Shown here: positions 1-8,456 of the stretch, one piece after another
Layout of the letters: every line of letters begins with the position of its first letter
Position numbering within the stretch: position 1 is the stretch's first letter
From: Lentisphaeraceae bacterium
GTDB lineage: Bacteria; Verrucomicrobiota; Kiritimatiellia; RFP12; UBA1067
Length of the DNA: 64,000 bases
Assembly (NCBI GenBank): GCA_004551905.1
Contig: SFPL01000092.1
Span: 1,371-65,370 of the forward strand
Reading direction: 5' to 3'
The notes under the pieces: generated by a model
Told to the model about the DNA's origin: nothing
Seen by the model: only the letters and a program-made list of their open reading frames with translations
Database searches by the model: none
Position numbers and translations under genes: made by a program

Positions 1-468
1 GAACTGATTGACAAGGTTTCTCTCACGCCCAGTCCGATGGTCTATACCCACGAAATGGTTCGTGAGGCCAATCCTGGCGCCAAGACGGTCTTTATCGGGC
101 CTTGCATCGCAAAGCGCAGCGAAGCCCGCCGCAAGGGGATTGATTTTGTTCTTTCGTTCGAAGAGCTCGGCGCGATTCTCGCCGGTCGCAAAATCGACGT
201 TCTCGCCTGCGAGGCGCATCCCATCGACCGTCCTGCTGCGGCAACCGCTCGCAATTTTGCGCGCAGTTGCGGAGTCACAGAGGCAGTTTTAGCCGAGGCT
301 ACGGCTAAGCTTCCCGGTTTTCAGCTTTCATCGAAGCAGATTAACGGTATCGATCGCAAAACATGCTCTATGCTTAAACTGTACGCGTCGGGCAAACTTC
401 CAGCGAACTTCCTTGAAGTTATGGCCTGTCCCGGCGGCTGTGTAAACGGCCCTTGCTCGCTTTCGTAG
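1..468 (+). CDS. [FeFe]-hydrogenase-like protein, C-terminal part (5' end outside window)
   Basis: Frame open from base 1. FIGPCIAKRSE and EVMACPGGCVNGP resemble the conserved cysteine motifs of the Fe-only hydrogenase large-subunit H-cluster domain. TAG stop at 466-468. Confidence 0.7.
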   Translation, partial: ELIDKVSLTPSPMVYTHEMVREANPGAKTVFIGPCIAKRSEARRKGIDFVLSFEELGAILAGRKIDVLACEAHPIDRPAAATARNFARSCGVTEAVLAEATAKLPGFQLSSKQINGIDRKTCSMLKLYASGKLPANFLEVMACPGGCVNGPCSLS

Positions 469-535
469 AATGTTTGAAGGAATGTGATTGGATTTCGCGG
501 CGGTTTGCGCGGCAGAATGCGCGGCGGTTAAACAG

Positions 536-593
536 GTTGAAAAGTTGGGCTACGCCGATTGAGAAGTTGAAAAGTTGAAAGGTTGAAAGGCTG
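536..593. repeat. GTTGAARR octamer repeats (one pair at 536-551, three tandem units at 566-589)
   Basis: gttgaaaa gttgggct ... gttgaaaa gttgaaag gttgaaag gctg, read directly. Confidence 0.8.
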
Positions 594-670
594 CGGCACC
601 TTCCGTGGCAGTTTCTGCGGCGGTTTGAAATGAAATGACGGTCGTATTTTCACACGGGAGGCCGATTTTT

Positions 671-679
671 TGGTAAAAT
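671..679 (+). promoter_or_regulatory. Extended -10 promoter (TGGTAAAAT) of metY
   Basis: TGn + TAAAAT, 11 nt before ATG 691. Confidence 0.5.
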
Positions 680-690
680 ACACAACACCT

Positions 691-1965
691 ATGAAAATTG
701 ATACACTCTGTGTGCAGGGCGGCTACAGCCCTGAGTGCGGTCAGCCCCGCCAGGTGCCGATCGTTACGTCGACCACCTTCAAGTACGATACCACCCAGCA
801 CATGGCCGACCTCTTCGACCTAAAGGCGCCCGGTTACTTCTACACCCGCCTCGCCAACCCCACCAACGACATGGTGGCGAAGAAGATCGCAGCGCTCGAG
901 GGCGGCGTCGCCGCGATTTTGACGAGCTCCGGCCAGGCGGCGTCGACCTTCGCCATCCTCAACCTCTGCAACGCCGGCGACCACGTCGTCTCCTCGGCGC
1001 AGATCTACGGCGGCACCTTCAACCTCTTCGCGGTCTCGCTGAAGAAGCTCGGCATCGAGTTCACCTTCGTAGACCCCGACGCGAGCGAGAAGGAGATCCA
1101 GAAGGCGTTCCGGCCCAACACCAAGTGCGTCTTCGGCGAGACGGTGGCGAATCCGTCCGGCTGCGTCCTCGACATCGCCAAGTTCGCGCGTGTCGCGCAC
1201 AAGAACGGCGTGCCGCTCATCGTCGACAATACCTTCCCGACCCCGATCCTCTGCCGTCCGTTCCGCTTCGGCTGCGACATCGTCACCCATGCGACCACCA
1301 AGTACATGGACGGCCACTCCAGCCAGGTCGGCGGCTGCATCGTCGACTCCGGCAACTTCGACTGGGCGAAGCACGCCGACAAGTTCCCCGGTCTCGTCGA
1401 GCCCGACGCGTCCTATCACGGCCTCAGCTACGTTAAGGCGTTCGGCAAGCAGGCCTTCATCGTCAAGTGCACCGCCCACCTGATGCGCGACTTCGGCTCC
1501 ATCCCCTCGCCGTTCAACGCGTTCCTGGTGAACCTCGGGCTCGAGTCGCTCCACCTCAGGATCCGCCGCCACGCGGAGTCTGCGCTCAAGATCGCCAAGT
1601 GGCTCAAGGCCCAGAAGAAGGTGGCGTGGGTCAACTTCGCCGGGCTGCCGGGCTCGAAGTACCACAAGCTCGTCAGGAAGCAGTTCGACGGCAATTCGCC
1701 GTGCGGCGTGATGACCTTCGGCATCAGGGGCGGGCGCAAGGCGTCCATCAAGTTCATGGATTCGCTGAAGCTCATCGGCATCGTGACCCACGTCGCCGAC
1801 GCCTGGAGCTGCGTTCTCCATCCGGCTTCGCACACCCACCGCCAGCTTACCGACGCGCAGCTCAAGGCGGCCGGCATTCCGCCGGACCTCATCCGGCTTT
1901 CTATCGGTCTCGAGGATCCGGAGGATCTTATTGCCGACTTGAGGCAGGCGCTGGCGAAGGTGTAA
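691..1965 (+). CDS. metY: O-acetylhomoserine sulfhydrylase (PLP-dependent Cys/Met metabolism family)
   Basis: Full-length resemblance to MetY-type enzymes (MKIDTLCVQGGY start, HATTKYMDGH lysine region, LIRLSIGLEDPEDLI tail). ATG 691 preferred over the TTG 670 of the ORF track. Confidence 0.85.
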   Translation: MKIDTLCVQGGYSPECGQPRQVPIVTSTTFKYDTTQHMADLFDLKAPGYFYTRLANPTNDMVAKKIAALEGGVAAILTSSGQAASTFAILNLCNAGDHVVSSAQIYGGTFNLFAVSLKKLGIEFTFVDPDASEKEIQKAFRPNTKCVFGETVANPSGCVLDIAKFARVAHKNGVPLIVDNTFPTPILCRPFRFGCDIVTHATTKYMDGHSSQVGGCIVDSGNFDWAKHADKFPGLVEPDASYHGLSYVKAFGKQAFIVKCTAHLMRDFGSIPSPFNAFLVNLGLESLHLRIRRHAESALKIAKWLKAQKKVAWVNFAGLPGSKYHKLVRKQFDGNSPCGVMTFGIRGGRKASIKFMDSLKLIGIVTHVADAWSCVLHPASHTHRQLTDAQLKAAGIPPDLIRLSIGLEDPEDLIADLRQALAKV

Positions 1966-1991
1966 ATCCAATCCTTAAGGAGGGATGAGCC

Positions 1992-4900
1992 ATGGCAGAC
2001 AGCAAGAAGGCACGGATATGGGACTGGACGGTCGGCGCGGCGCTCGCGGCGCTCGCGGCGCTCGTCTACTTCCTCTCGATGGCGAGCTACGCCTATCCCG
2101 GCGAGAGCGCGCACCTGCAGGTGGTCTGGCGCGGGCTCGACGCCGCGGCATCCACCCCGTATCCGCTGATGGCGTTCTTCGCGCGTCCGCTTGGCTGCGG
2201 CAACGCGATTGCCCCTGTCCTCGGCGTCCTCGCCGTCCTGCTCCTCTACGCCTGCACGCTCAAGTTCATGCGCCGGAACATCTTCGGCGAGGACGTGGAC
2301 GCGATGGCGGCGCCGGTCTCGCGCGTCGCCGGCGCTGCCGCGGCGCTGGTGTTCCTCTTCACCCCGGCGGTGCGGAGCGCCGCGACGCACCTAGAGCCGC
2401 GCCTCTTCGACGCGGTCTGGGCGCTCCTCTGCGCCGCGACACTGCTCGCCTACGTCGGCGCGAGTTCCCGCCGCCGCGCCTACCTCTTCCTCGTGCTCCT
2501 CGGCGCGCTTGCCGCGGCCGGCTTCTGCGACTCGGTCCTCTTCGTGGTGCTGATGCCGGTGGCGATCTTCATCGTCATCCGCACCGAGCTTTTCTCGGGG
2601 CGCAGTCCCTATGCCGCGCCCGCGCTCCTGCTCGGCGTGTTCCTGGTCGCGGTGTTCGTCTTCCTGACGGCGTTTGGCATCTCCTTCAACGACGTCCTCC
2701 GCCACTGCTCGGTCGACCTTTCGGTCTACACGCACCCGGGCTGGGTGCTCGTCGCCATCTTCGCCACTCTTCCGTTCGTGGTCGTGCTCTTCTCCTCCCC
2801 CCGCGTCTACAACGAGCCGTTTTCGCTGGTGCAGTTCGCGTTCCAGGCGGCGATGTCGCTGGTGGCGATAATAGCGGTGGCGACGCCGCTATCGCCCTCG
2901 TCGATGATGGAGACGTGGGGCGTGCCGCCGGTCGTCACCTCCGCGTTCGCTGCGTTCTTCGCCGGCCACCTGGTCTCCTACTGGTGGATGCGCCGCGGCA
3001 AGCCTTCCTGCCTCGCGGCGATGGTGGTGCTTGCCTTCGCGCTCGGCTTCGCCTCGCTCTGGAGCTTCTCCACCTTCGAGCGCGACCGCGGCGCCTTTGC
3101 CGACGCGGTCGTCCGCAAGGCGCTGGACGACATGGACGGGCGCACCTGGCTCGTCACCGACGGCCTGCTTGACGACCACTTCCTGCTCGAGAACGCCAGG
3201 CGCGGCGGCGACACAACCCTCGTCTCGCTCGCCCGCGACATAGAGCCCGACTACCTCGAGCGCCTTGGCGTACGCGTGCGCGAGAAGGGGATAGGCGGAT
3301 CCAAGAACACCCAGCTGATGCTCTCGCTTTCGCTCGGCGTGCTGCCGTTCGTGCAGGACTGGCTCAGCAGCGACCCGACCGCCCCGAAGTCCGTCGCCAT
3401 CTGGGGCGCGCCCGACCTCTGGTACTCGGCCGGCTTCCGTCCCGTGCCGGAGTTTCTCTTCTTCGGCGCCGACGAGTCCCGCGCCAAGATGGACTGGAGC
3501 GCCTGGCTTGAATTCAACAAGATCCTCCACGCGCCCAAGGACTGGGGAAGCTACTCGCACTGGCGCGACGTGAAGAACCCGATCGACCGCCTGCGCCTCG
3601 CCCTGCGCCGCCACCTTGGGCTCGTGGCGAACAACGTCGGCGTCTATCTGCAGGACCATGGCCACGACGACGAGGCCTTCGATTTCTACGAGCGCGTCCT
3701 CAACGAGATCGACTCTGACAACGTCTGCTCGCTCTTCAACGAGATCGAGCTCGCCGGTGCCAAGAACGCCAGGGCGGTCGCGAAGCGTCCCGAGCTCGAG
3801 CGCAAGCTCCGGCAGATCGCCGAAGACAAGGCGCGCCGCTACGCGATCTGGCGCCTCGCGTCGTACTACGGCTACATCCGCAATCCCGACATGTTCGTCC
3901 GGCTCGGCTACACCTGGGCGCGCTCCGGCCGCCCGGGCGACGCGCTGGCGCAGATCCGCCGCGCCATCGACTTCGTCCCCAAGGAGAAGCAGATCGCCCT
4001 CCTCAACATGATGGCCGCGCTCTACGCGAGCGAGAACGACCAGTCGAAGTCCCGCACCATCTACGAGAGCGTGCTCGCCCAGAACGGGCAGGACCACGAC
4101 GCCCTCATCGGCATGATGCGCCTCAAGCTGCTCGAAGGCGACCAGAAGCAGGCGCTCGCGTACCTGGAACGCGCGGTCAAGTCGTCGCCAGAGGAGGGGC
4201 GGCTCGCGAAGATCGAGCTTTCGATGATCTCAATGATGAAGGGCGATCTCAAGGGCGCCAAGGCGTCGCTCGCCAGGCTGACCGACGACAACCCGAAGGA
4301 TCTACAGGTCTGGTCGCTCCTCGCCGCCGTCACCATGCAGCTGTGGGACGCGTCCAAGGACCAGGCGGAGAAGACCGCGCTGATGAAGGACATCACCGAC
4401 CGCATCCTGCCCACGATGGAGAAGCAGTCCACCAACCCCTACGACTACTATCTCCAGACCACGAAGGCGTTCGTCTACATGCGCGGCGGCGACGACAAGC
4501 GCCGCCTCGCGCGCGACGCCTTCGCCGCGGCCGCCCGGGCCCGGCCGGACTCCACCGCCGCCCAGGATATGATGCTCGGGCTCGACATCTCGCTTGACGA
4601 CAAGGTCGGCGCCGAGCACCACGCGCGCGAGGTGCTGCGCCGCAACCGCAACGCGCCGCTCGCCAACTATGTGATGGGCTCGCTCGCGATCGGCCGCGGC
4701 CAGTACAACGAGGCCGAAGCCTATCTGCGCAAGGCGGCCGACGCCCCGCAGCCGAACGTCCTCGCGCTCAACGACATCGCCGAGGTCCTGCGCCGCACCA
4801 GGAAGCTGGACGACGCCGAGCGCTACGCCCGCCTCGCCACGGAGAAGGCCCCGGAATTCTATATCGTCTGGGAGACTCTGGGCGTGGTGCTGATGGACGC

Positions 4901-5135
4901 CGGCAAGGACGCCGCCGAGGCCGAGAAATGCATCGTCAAGGCGATCGAGCTGCAGAAGAAGAGCGGCGCCAAGACCGAGGACATCCGCATCTACGCCTCG
5001 CTCGCGCGGGCGCAGCTCCTGCGGGGCGACAAGAAGGCGGCGCGGCTCTCAGTCCGCAAGGTGCGACCGCGCATCTCGGAGCTGAACGACTTCGAGCGCC
5101 GCGAATTCGAGGAGATCGAGAAGCGTGTTAAGTGA
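1992..5135 (+). CDS. Polytopic membrane protein: N-terminal GT-C-like (DUF2723/TMEM260-like) multi-TM domain fused to C-terminal TPR repeats
   Basis: 1047-aa ORF with aaggaggg SD 7 nt upstream. The first ~430 aa carry many hydrophobic segments, with YPGESAHL...TPYPLMAFF after TM1 as in DUF2723-type proteins. The C-terminal half has TPR-like periodicity. Confidence 0.55.
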   Translation: MADSKKARIWDWTVGAALAALAALVYFLSMASYAYPGESAHLQVVWRGLDAAASTPYPLMAFFARPLGCGNAIAPVLGVLAVLLLYACTLKFMRRNIFGEDVDAMAAPVSRVAGAAAALVFLFTPAVRSAATHLEPRLFDAVWALLCAATLLAYVGASSRRRAYLFLVLLGALAAAGFCDSVLFVVLMPVAIFIVIRTELFSGRSPYAAPALLLGVFLVAVFVFLTAFGISFNDVLRHCSVDLSVYTHPGWVLVAIFATLPFVVVLFSSPRVYNEPFSLVQFAFQAAMSLVAIIAVATPLSPSSMMETWGVPPVVTSAFAAFFAGHLVSYWWMRRGKPSCLAAMVVLAFALGFASLWSFSTFERDRGAFADAVVRKALDDMDGRTWLVTDGLLDDHFLLENARRGGDTTLVSLARDIEPDYLERLGVRVREKGIGGSKNTQLMLSLSLGVLPFVQDWLSSDPTAPKSVAIWGAPDLWYSAGFRPVPEFLFFGADESRAKMDWSAWLEFNKILHAPKDWGSYSHWRDVKNPIDRLRLALRRHLGLVANNVGVYLQDHGHDDEAFDFYERVLNEIDSDNVCSLFNEIELAGAKNARAVAKRPELERKLRQIAEDKARRYAIWRLASYYGYIRNPDMFVRLGYTWARSGRPGDALAQIRRAIDFVPKEKQIALLNMMAALYASENDQSKSRTIYESVLAQNGQDHDALIGMMRLKLLEGDQKQALAYLERAVKSSPEEGRLAKIELSMISMMKGDLKGAKASLARLTDDNPKDLQVWSLLAAVTMQLWDASKDQAEKTALMKDITDRILPTMEKQSTNPYDYYLQTTKAFVYMRGGDDKRRLARDAFAAAARARPDSTAAQDMMLGLDISLDDKVGAEHHAREVLRRNRNAPLANYVMGSLAIGRGQYNEAEAYLRKAADAPQPNVLALNDIAEVLRRTRKLDDAERYARLATEKAPEFYIVWETLGVVLMDAGKDAAEAEKCIVKAIELQKKSGAKTEDIRIYASLARAQLLRGDKKAARLSVRKVRPRISELNDFERREFEEIEKRVK

Positions 5136-6261
5136 GCTGCTGCTCGCCTCAGCCATCCAGATCGGGCCGTTCTGGCAGCACGACGAGAACGGCTCGGCCG
5201 CGCTACGTCCGCTCTGGTCCCGGACGACCGAGACCACCGATGTCCTCTGGCCCGTCTTCACCGCCCACCGCGACTGGTGGCGCTGCTGCTTAGTCGCCCA
5301 CTACATGACCAACTACGCCGGCTGGCAGTTCTCGCTGTTGCCGATCTGGTGGAACGGCACGGCCAGGCGCCGCGGTGTGGAGGGCGCGGAGCCTGAGCCT
5401 TACTGGGGGCTCTTTCCGCTCTGGGGTACGCATCCGCACTTCCTCGCGCTTTACGACTTCGACTTCGTGCTCTGGCCGCTCTACCACGCCTACTCCACGC
5501 CGCGCCCAGGCGAGGACCGGATGATGCGCTCCCGCTCCGTCCTCTTCCCGTTTTTCCACTGGCGGGACGACGGCAGCTGGGGCTTCTGGCCCGTCTGCGG
5601 CGTCGGCCACCAGCGCGAGTCAGACCACCGCTACTTCCTCTGGCCGATCTTCACCTGGGCCGACTACCGCGCCGACCGCGTCACCGCCGGCGCCGGCTAC
5701 TCGTGGATGTTCTGGCCGCTCGTCGGCCACGTCGAGCGCGAGCGCGAAGACCAGTGGCTGGTAATTCCGCCGCTCTTCTCGCTCGCCGTAGTCAGCTACC
5801 CGGAGTTCTCCACGCCGGAAGAGGAGATCCGCGGCAGGCTGCTGAGGTGTCCGTGGCCGATCTTCGAGTGGGAGAACTCCGCCAACCGCGAGCGCATCTC
5901 CATCCTGCCGCTCTACGAACGCATCTGCTGGCGCTCGATGAATGATGGGGAGTTCTCCGGCTCCGTCACCCGTTTCGGCTGGCGGCTGGTGGAGATCTAC
6001 GATGACGAGACGCGCGTCTTCCCGATCTGGACCAGCCGCGGCGACGGCTCCTACTTCCGCCTCTGGCCGTTCTGGGAGTCGAGCGTGCGCGACGGAGTGG
6101 AGTATGGACGCTTCCTCTCCCTCTTCCCCATCCGCCACGTGCCGGCGGTGGACCGCAACTGGTCGAAGTTCTGGACCTTCTACGAGCGGGAGGAGAATCC
6201 GGTCGAAGTGAACCACTCGCTCTTCTGGGGCATCATCAGATGGCGTACCTCAAAACCATAA
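5125..6261 (+). CDS. Hypothetical Trp-rich repeat protein
   Basis: GTG start overlaps the upstream stop by 11 nt. About a dozen copies of an aromatic (L/F)(W/F)P(L/I/V)(F/Y/W) motif (LWPVF, LWPLY, FWPVCG, LWPIFTW, FWPLVG, WPIFEW, FPIWTS, LWPFWES). No family recognised. Confidence 0.55.
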   Translation: MLSELLLASAIQIGPFWQHDENGSAALRPLWSRTTETTDVLWPVFTAHRDWWRCCLVAHYMTNYAGWQFSLLPIWWNGTARRRGVEGAEPEPYWGLFPLWGTHPHFLALYDFDFVLWPLYHAYSTPRPGEDRMMRSRSVLFPFFHWRDDGSWGFWPVCGVGHQRESDHRYFLWPIFTWADYRADRVTAGAGYSWMFWPLVGHVEREREDQWLVIPPLFSLAVVSYPEFSTPEEEIRGRLLRCPWPIFEWENSANRERISILPLYERICWRSMNDGEFSGSVTRFGWRLVEIYDDETRVFPIWTSRGDGSYFRLWPFWESSVRDGVEYGRFLSLFPIRHVPAVDRNWSKFWTFYEREENPVEVNHSLFWGIIRWRTSKP

Positions 6262-7154
6262 GGATCTGGGCGCGGGCGCTGCGCGTGGGGCAGTGGACCA
6301 AGAACCTGCTCATCCCGGCGGCGTGGCTGTTCGCGCTCGGCGACCCTGCCCAGCGCGCGATGGCGCAGGGGTGGCGGCCGGTCCTGCTGATGCTCGGCAT
6401 GTTCGCGAGCTTCTGCCTCGTCTCCTCGGCGTTCTACCTCCTGAACGACGTCCGCGACCGCGAATCCGACCGCCGCCACCCGGTCAAGCGCTTCCGACCC
6501 GTCGCCGCCGGGCTCGTCTCGCCGCGCGAGGCAACCGTCGCCGCCGGCCTCCTGTTCGTCGCCGGCATCATCCCTTCGCTGGTGATGTTCCTCCGCCACG
6601 TCGACCGCTGGCCGATGATCGCGGTGGTCCTCGGCTACAGCGCCATGCAGCTCTGCTACACCGGCTTCCTCAAGCGCCTGCCCTACGTCGACGTCGTAGT
6701 CATCGCCGCTGGCTTCGTCCTCCGCGCCGTCGCCGGCACGATGGTGCTGGGCGTGCGCCTCTCGCCCTGGCTGCTCGCCTGCGCCTTCTCGCTCTCGCTC
6801 TTCCTCGCCCTTTGCAAGCGCCGCCACGAGAAGCTCCTGAGCGAGGAGTCCCGCCCCGCGCTCCTTGGTTACCACCTGCCCACCCTCGATATGCTCATCG
6901 CCAGCTCCGCCATGGTCACGCTTTCGGTCTACGTCGCCTACACGCTCGTCCCCTCGACCGTCGCGCGCTACGCCTGCGGCGAAAACCTCGCCTTCACCGC
7001 CATCCCCGTCGGCCTCGGGCTCGTCCGCTACCTCTATCTCACCTACGCCCGCGGCGACGTCGGCCGGCCGGACAAGATACTGCTCTCCGACAAGGTGATG
7101 TGGGCGATTCTCCTCCTATACGCCGTCTCCGCCGCGGTAGTGGTGGTGCGATGA
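6240..7154 (+). CDS. UbiA-family polyprenyl-phosphate phosphoribosyltransferase (decaprenyl-phosphate 5-phosphoribosyltransferase-like)
   Basis: 304 aa, multi-TM. YLLNDVRDRESDRRHPVKRFRPVAAG contains the NDxxDxxxD motif, and its continuation is typical of DPPR-synthase-type UbiA enzymes. Overlaps the upstream gene by 22 nt. Confidence 0.75.
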   Translation: MAYLKTIRIWARALRVGQWTKNLLIPAAWLFALGDPAQRAMAQGWRPVLLMLGMFASFCLVSSAFYLLNDVRDRESDRRHPVKRFRPVAAGLVSPREATVAAGLLFVAGIIPSLVMFLRHVDRWPMIAVVLGYSAMQLCYTGFLKRLPYVDVVVIAAGFVLRAVAGTMVLGVRLSPWLLACAFSLSLFLALCKRRHEKLLSEESRPALLGYHLPTLDMLIASSAMVTLSVYVAYTLVPSTVARYACGENLAFTAIPVGLGLVRYLYLTYARGDVGRPDKILLSDKVMWAILLLYAVSAAVVVVR

Positions 7155-8449
7155 AGCGCCTCCTCGACCACCTTGCCGGCTGTGCGCGGTTTGGGATGCG
7201 CCCCGGCCTAGAGGCGATCGACGCCGTCGCCGCCGCGCTCGGCCGCCCCGAGCGCTCGTTCCCATCCATCCACATCGCCGGCACCAACGGGAAGGGGGCC
7301 GTCGCCGCCATTCTCGACGCGGCGCTCCGCGCCCGCTCCCTCGCCCCCGTCACACGCTACACGAGCCCCCACCTCGTCCGCATCAACGAACGCTTCTTCG
7401 TGGACGGCACCGCCGTTGGCGACGACGCCCTCGCCGCCGCCGCGGACGACGTCCTCGCCGCTCTGGGTGCCGACCGGCTCACCTACTTCGAGACCCTGAC
7501 CGCCGTCGCCTTCGTCCTCTTCGCGCGTTTCCGCCCCGCCTTCGCCGTCATCGAGTGCGGGCTCGGCGGACGGCTCGACGCCACCAACCTCGTCGTCCCC
7601 GCCGTCTCCGTCATCACCCGGCTCGGCCTCGACCACTGCGACTGGCTCGGCGACACCATCGAGAAAATCGCTGCGGAGAAGGCGGGGATCGTCAAGCCCG
7701 GTGTCCCGGTCGTCCTCGGCGCCAACGAGCCCGTCGTGCGCGAGGTCGTCTCCCTCCGCGCGGCGGAACTGGGCGCGCCGTTCGTCTACGCCCCCGACCT
7801 CGCCGACGAAAGCGAGATTCCCGGCGGCTTTTCGCTCGGAGGCGCGTTTAACCGCGAAAACGCCGTCACCGCGCTTGCGGTCCTCAGGACGCTAGAAGGG
7901 CTGGGGACAGTCCCCGCCGCGCCGGACCCCTGCGCCGGCTTCAACGCGGTCTGCTGGCCTGGGCGCTACCAGCGCCTCGGCGCAACGCTGGTGGACGGAG
8001 CGCACAACCCGCCCGCCGCCGCCGCGCTCGCCGCCGCCCTGCGCGCGGACGGGGTGCAGGCGCGCAGCCTCGCGCTCGTCTCCGGGTTCTGCGGCGACAA
8101 GGACGTCGCCGCGGTGCTGCGGACGCTCTCGCCGCTCGTCGCGCGCGGCTACGCCGTCAAGACCTCGAACCCGCGCTCGCTTTCCGCCGCAGAGACGGCG
8201 GCGAGGATGCGCGCGGCCGGCATCGACGCGATGGCGTGCGCGTCGCTCGACGAGGCGCTGGCACATTCCGGCGCTGCGTCCGCGGCAAAGGAGCAGGTCG
8301 CGGCCGCGCCCAGCGCGCTTGTCGCGGGCTCGCTCTTCCTCGCCGGCGAGGCGCTTGCCGCCCTTGGCGCCGTCCCCGCTCCGTCCGACCGTCGCCCCGA
8401 CCCCTTCGAAACCCTCGTCACGAACTACGAACCGCGAAATATGCTATAA
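7151..8449 (+). CDS. folC: Folylpolyglutamate synthase / dihydrofolate synthase
   Basis: HIAGTNGKGAV P-loop of the Mur-ligase/FolC family. ATGA overlap with the upstream stop. The ORF-track N-terminal extension (from 6293) was rejected. Confidence 0.85.
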   Translation: MKRLLDHLAGCARFGMRPGLEAIDAVAAALGRPERSFPSIHIAGTNGKGAVAAILDAALRARSLAPVTRYTSPHLVRINERFFVDGTAVGDDALAAAADDVLAALGADRLTYFETLTAVAFVLFARFRPAFAVIECGLGGRLDATNLVVPAVSVITRLGLDHCDWLGDTIEKIAAEKAGIVKPGVPVVLGANEPVVREVVSLRAAELGAPFVYAPDLADESEIPGGFSLGGAFNRENAVTALAVLRTLEGLGTVPAAPDPCAGFNAVCWPGRYQRLGATLVDGAHNPPAAAALAAALRADGVQARSLALVSGFCGDKDVAAVLRTLSPLVARGYAVKTSNPRSLSAAETAARMRAAGIDAMACASLDEALAHSGAASAAKEQVAAAPSALVAGSLFLAGEALAALGAVPAPSDRRPDPFETLVTNYEPRNML

Positions 8450-8450
8450 T
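8419..8450 (+). promoter_or_regulatory. Promoter cassette: three tandem heptamers (CACGAAC TACGAAC CGCGAAA) + TGCTATAAT; leaderless gatA
   Basis: -10 hexamer at 8445-8450, 6 nt before ATG 8457. Near-identical to 17752-17783. Confidence 0.6.
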
Positions 8451-8456
8451 ACGCAC

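Noticed and set aside
536-593. CRISPR array (also considered for 42464-42511)
   Set aside because: The units are only 8 nt and directly abutting with no spacers, and no cas genes are in the window.
469-690. SAM (or other) riboswitch in front of metY
   Set aside because: I could not recognise SAM-I or SAM-II consensus elements. The best promoter box (671-679) lies downstream of the region, so it is probably not part of the metY leader. An Rfam scan would settle this.
820-1971. 383-aa minus-strand ORF antisense to metY
   Set aside because: Its Arg/Gly/Ala/Glu-rich composition is typical of shadow ORFs in high-GC DNA. It is completely overlapped by a well-supported metY gene.
6293-7150. N-terminal extension of folC given by the ORF track (and similar extensions at 8319, 9074, 13551, 18338, 22766, 28002, 28859, 40887, 57440, 63167)
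   Set aside because: The extensions overlap the preceding, well-supported gene and are Pro/Arg/Ala-rich. Internal starts coincide with stop-start overlaps, SDs or -10 boxes and with the expected family N-termini.
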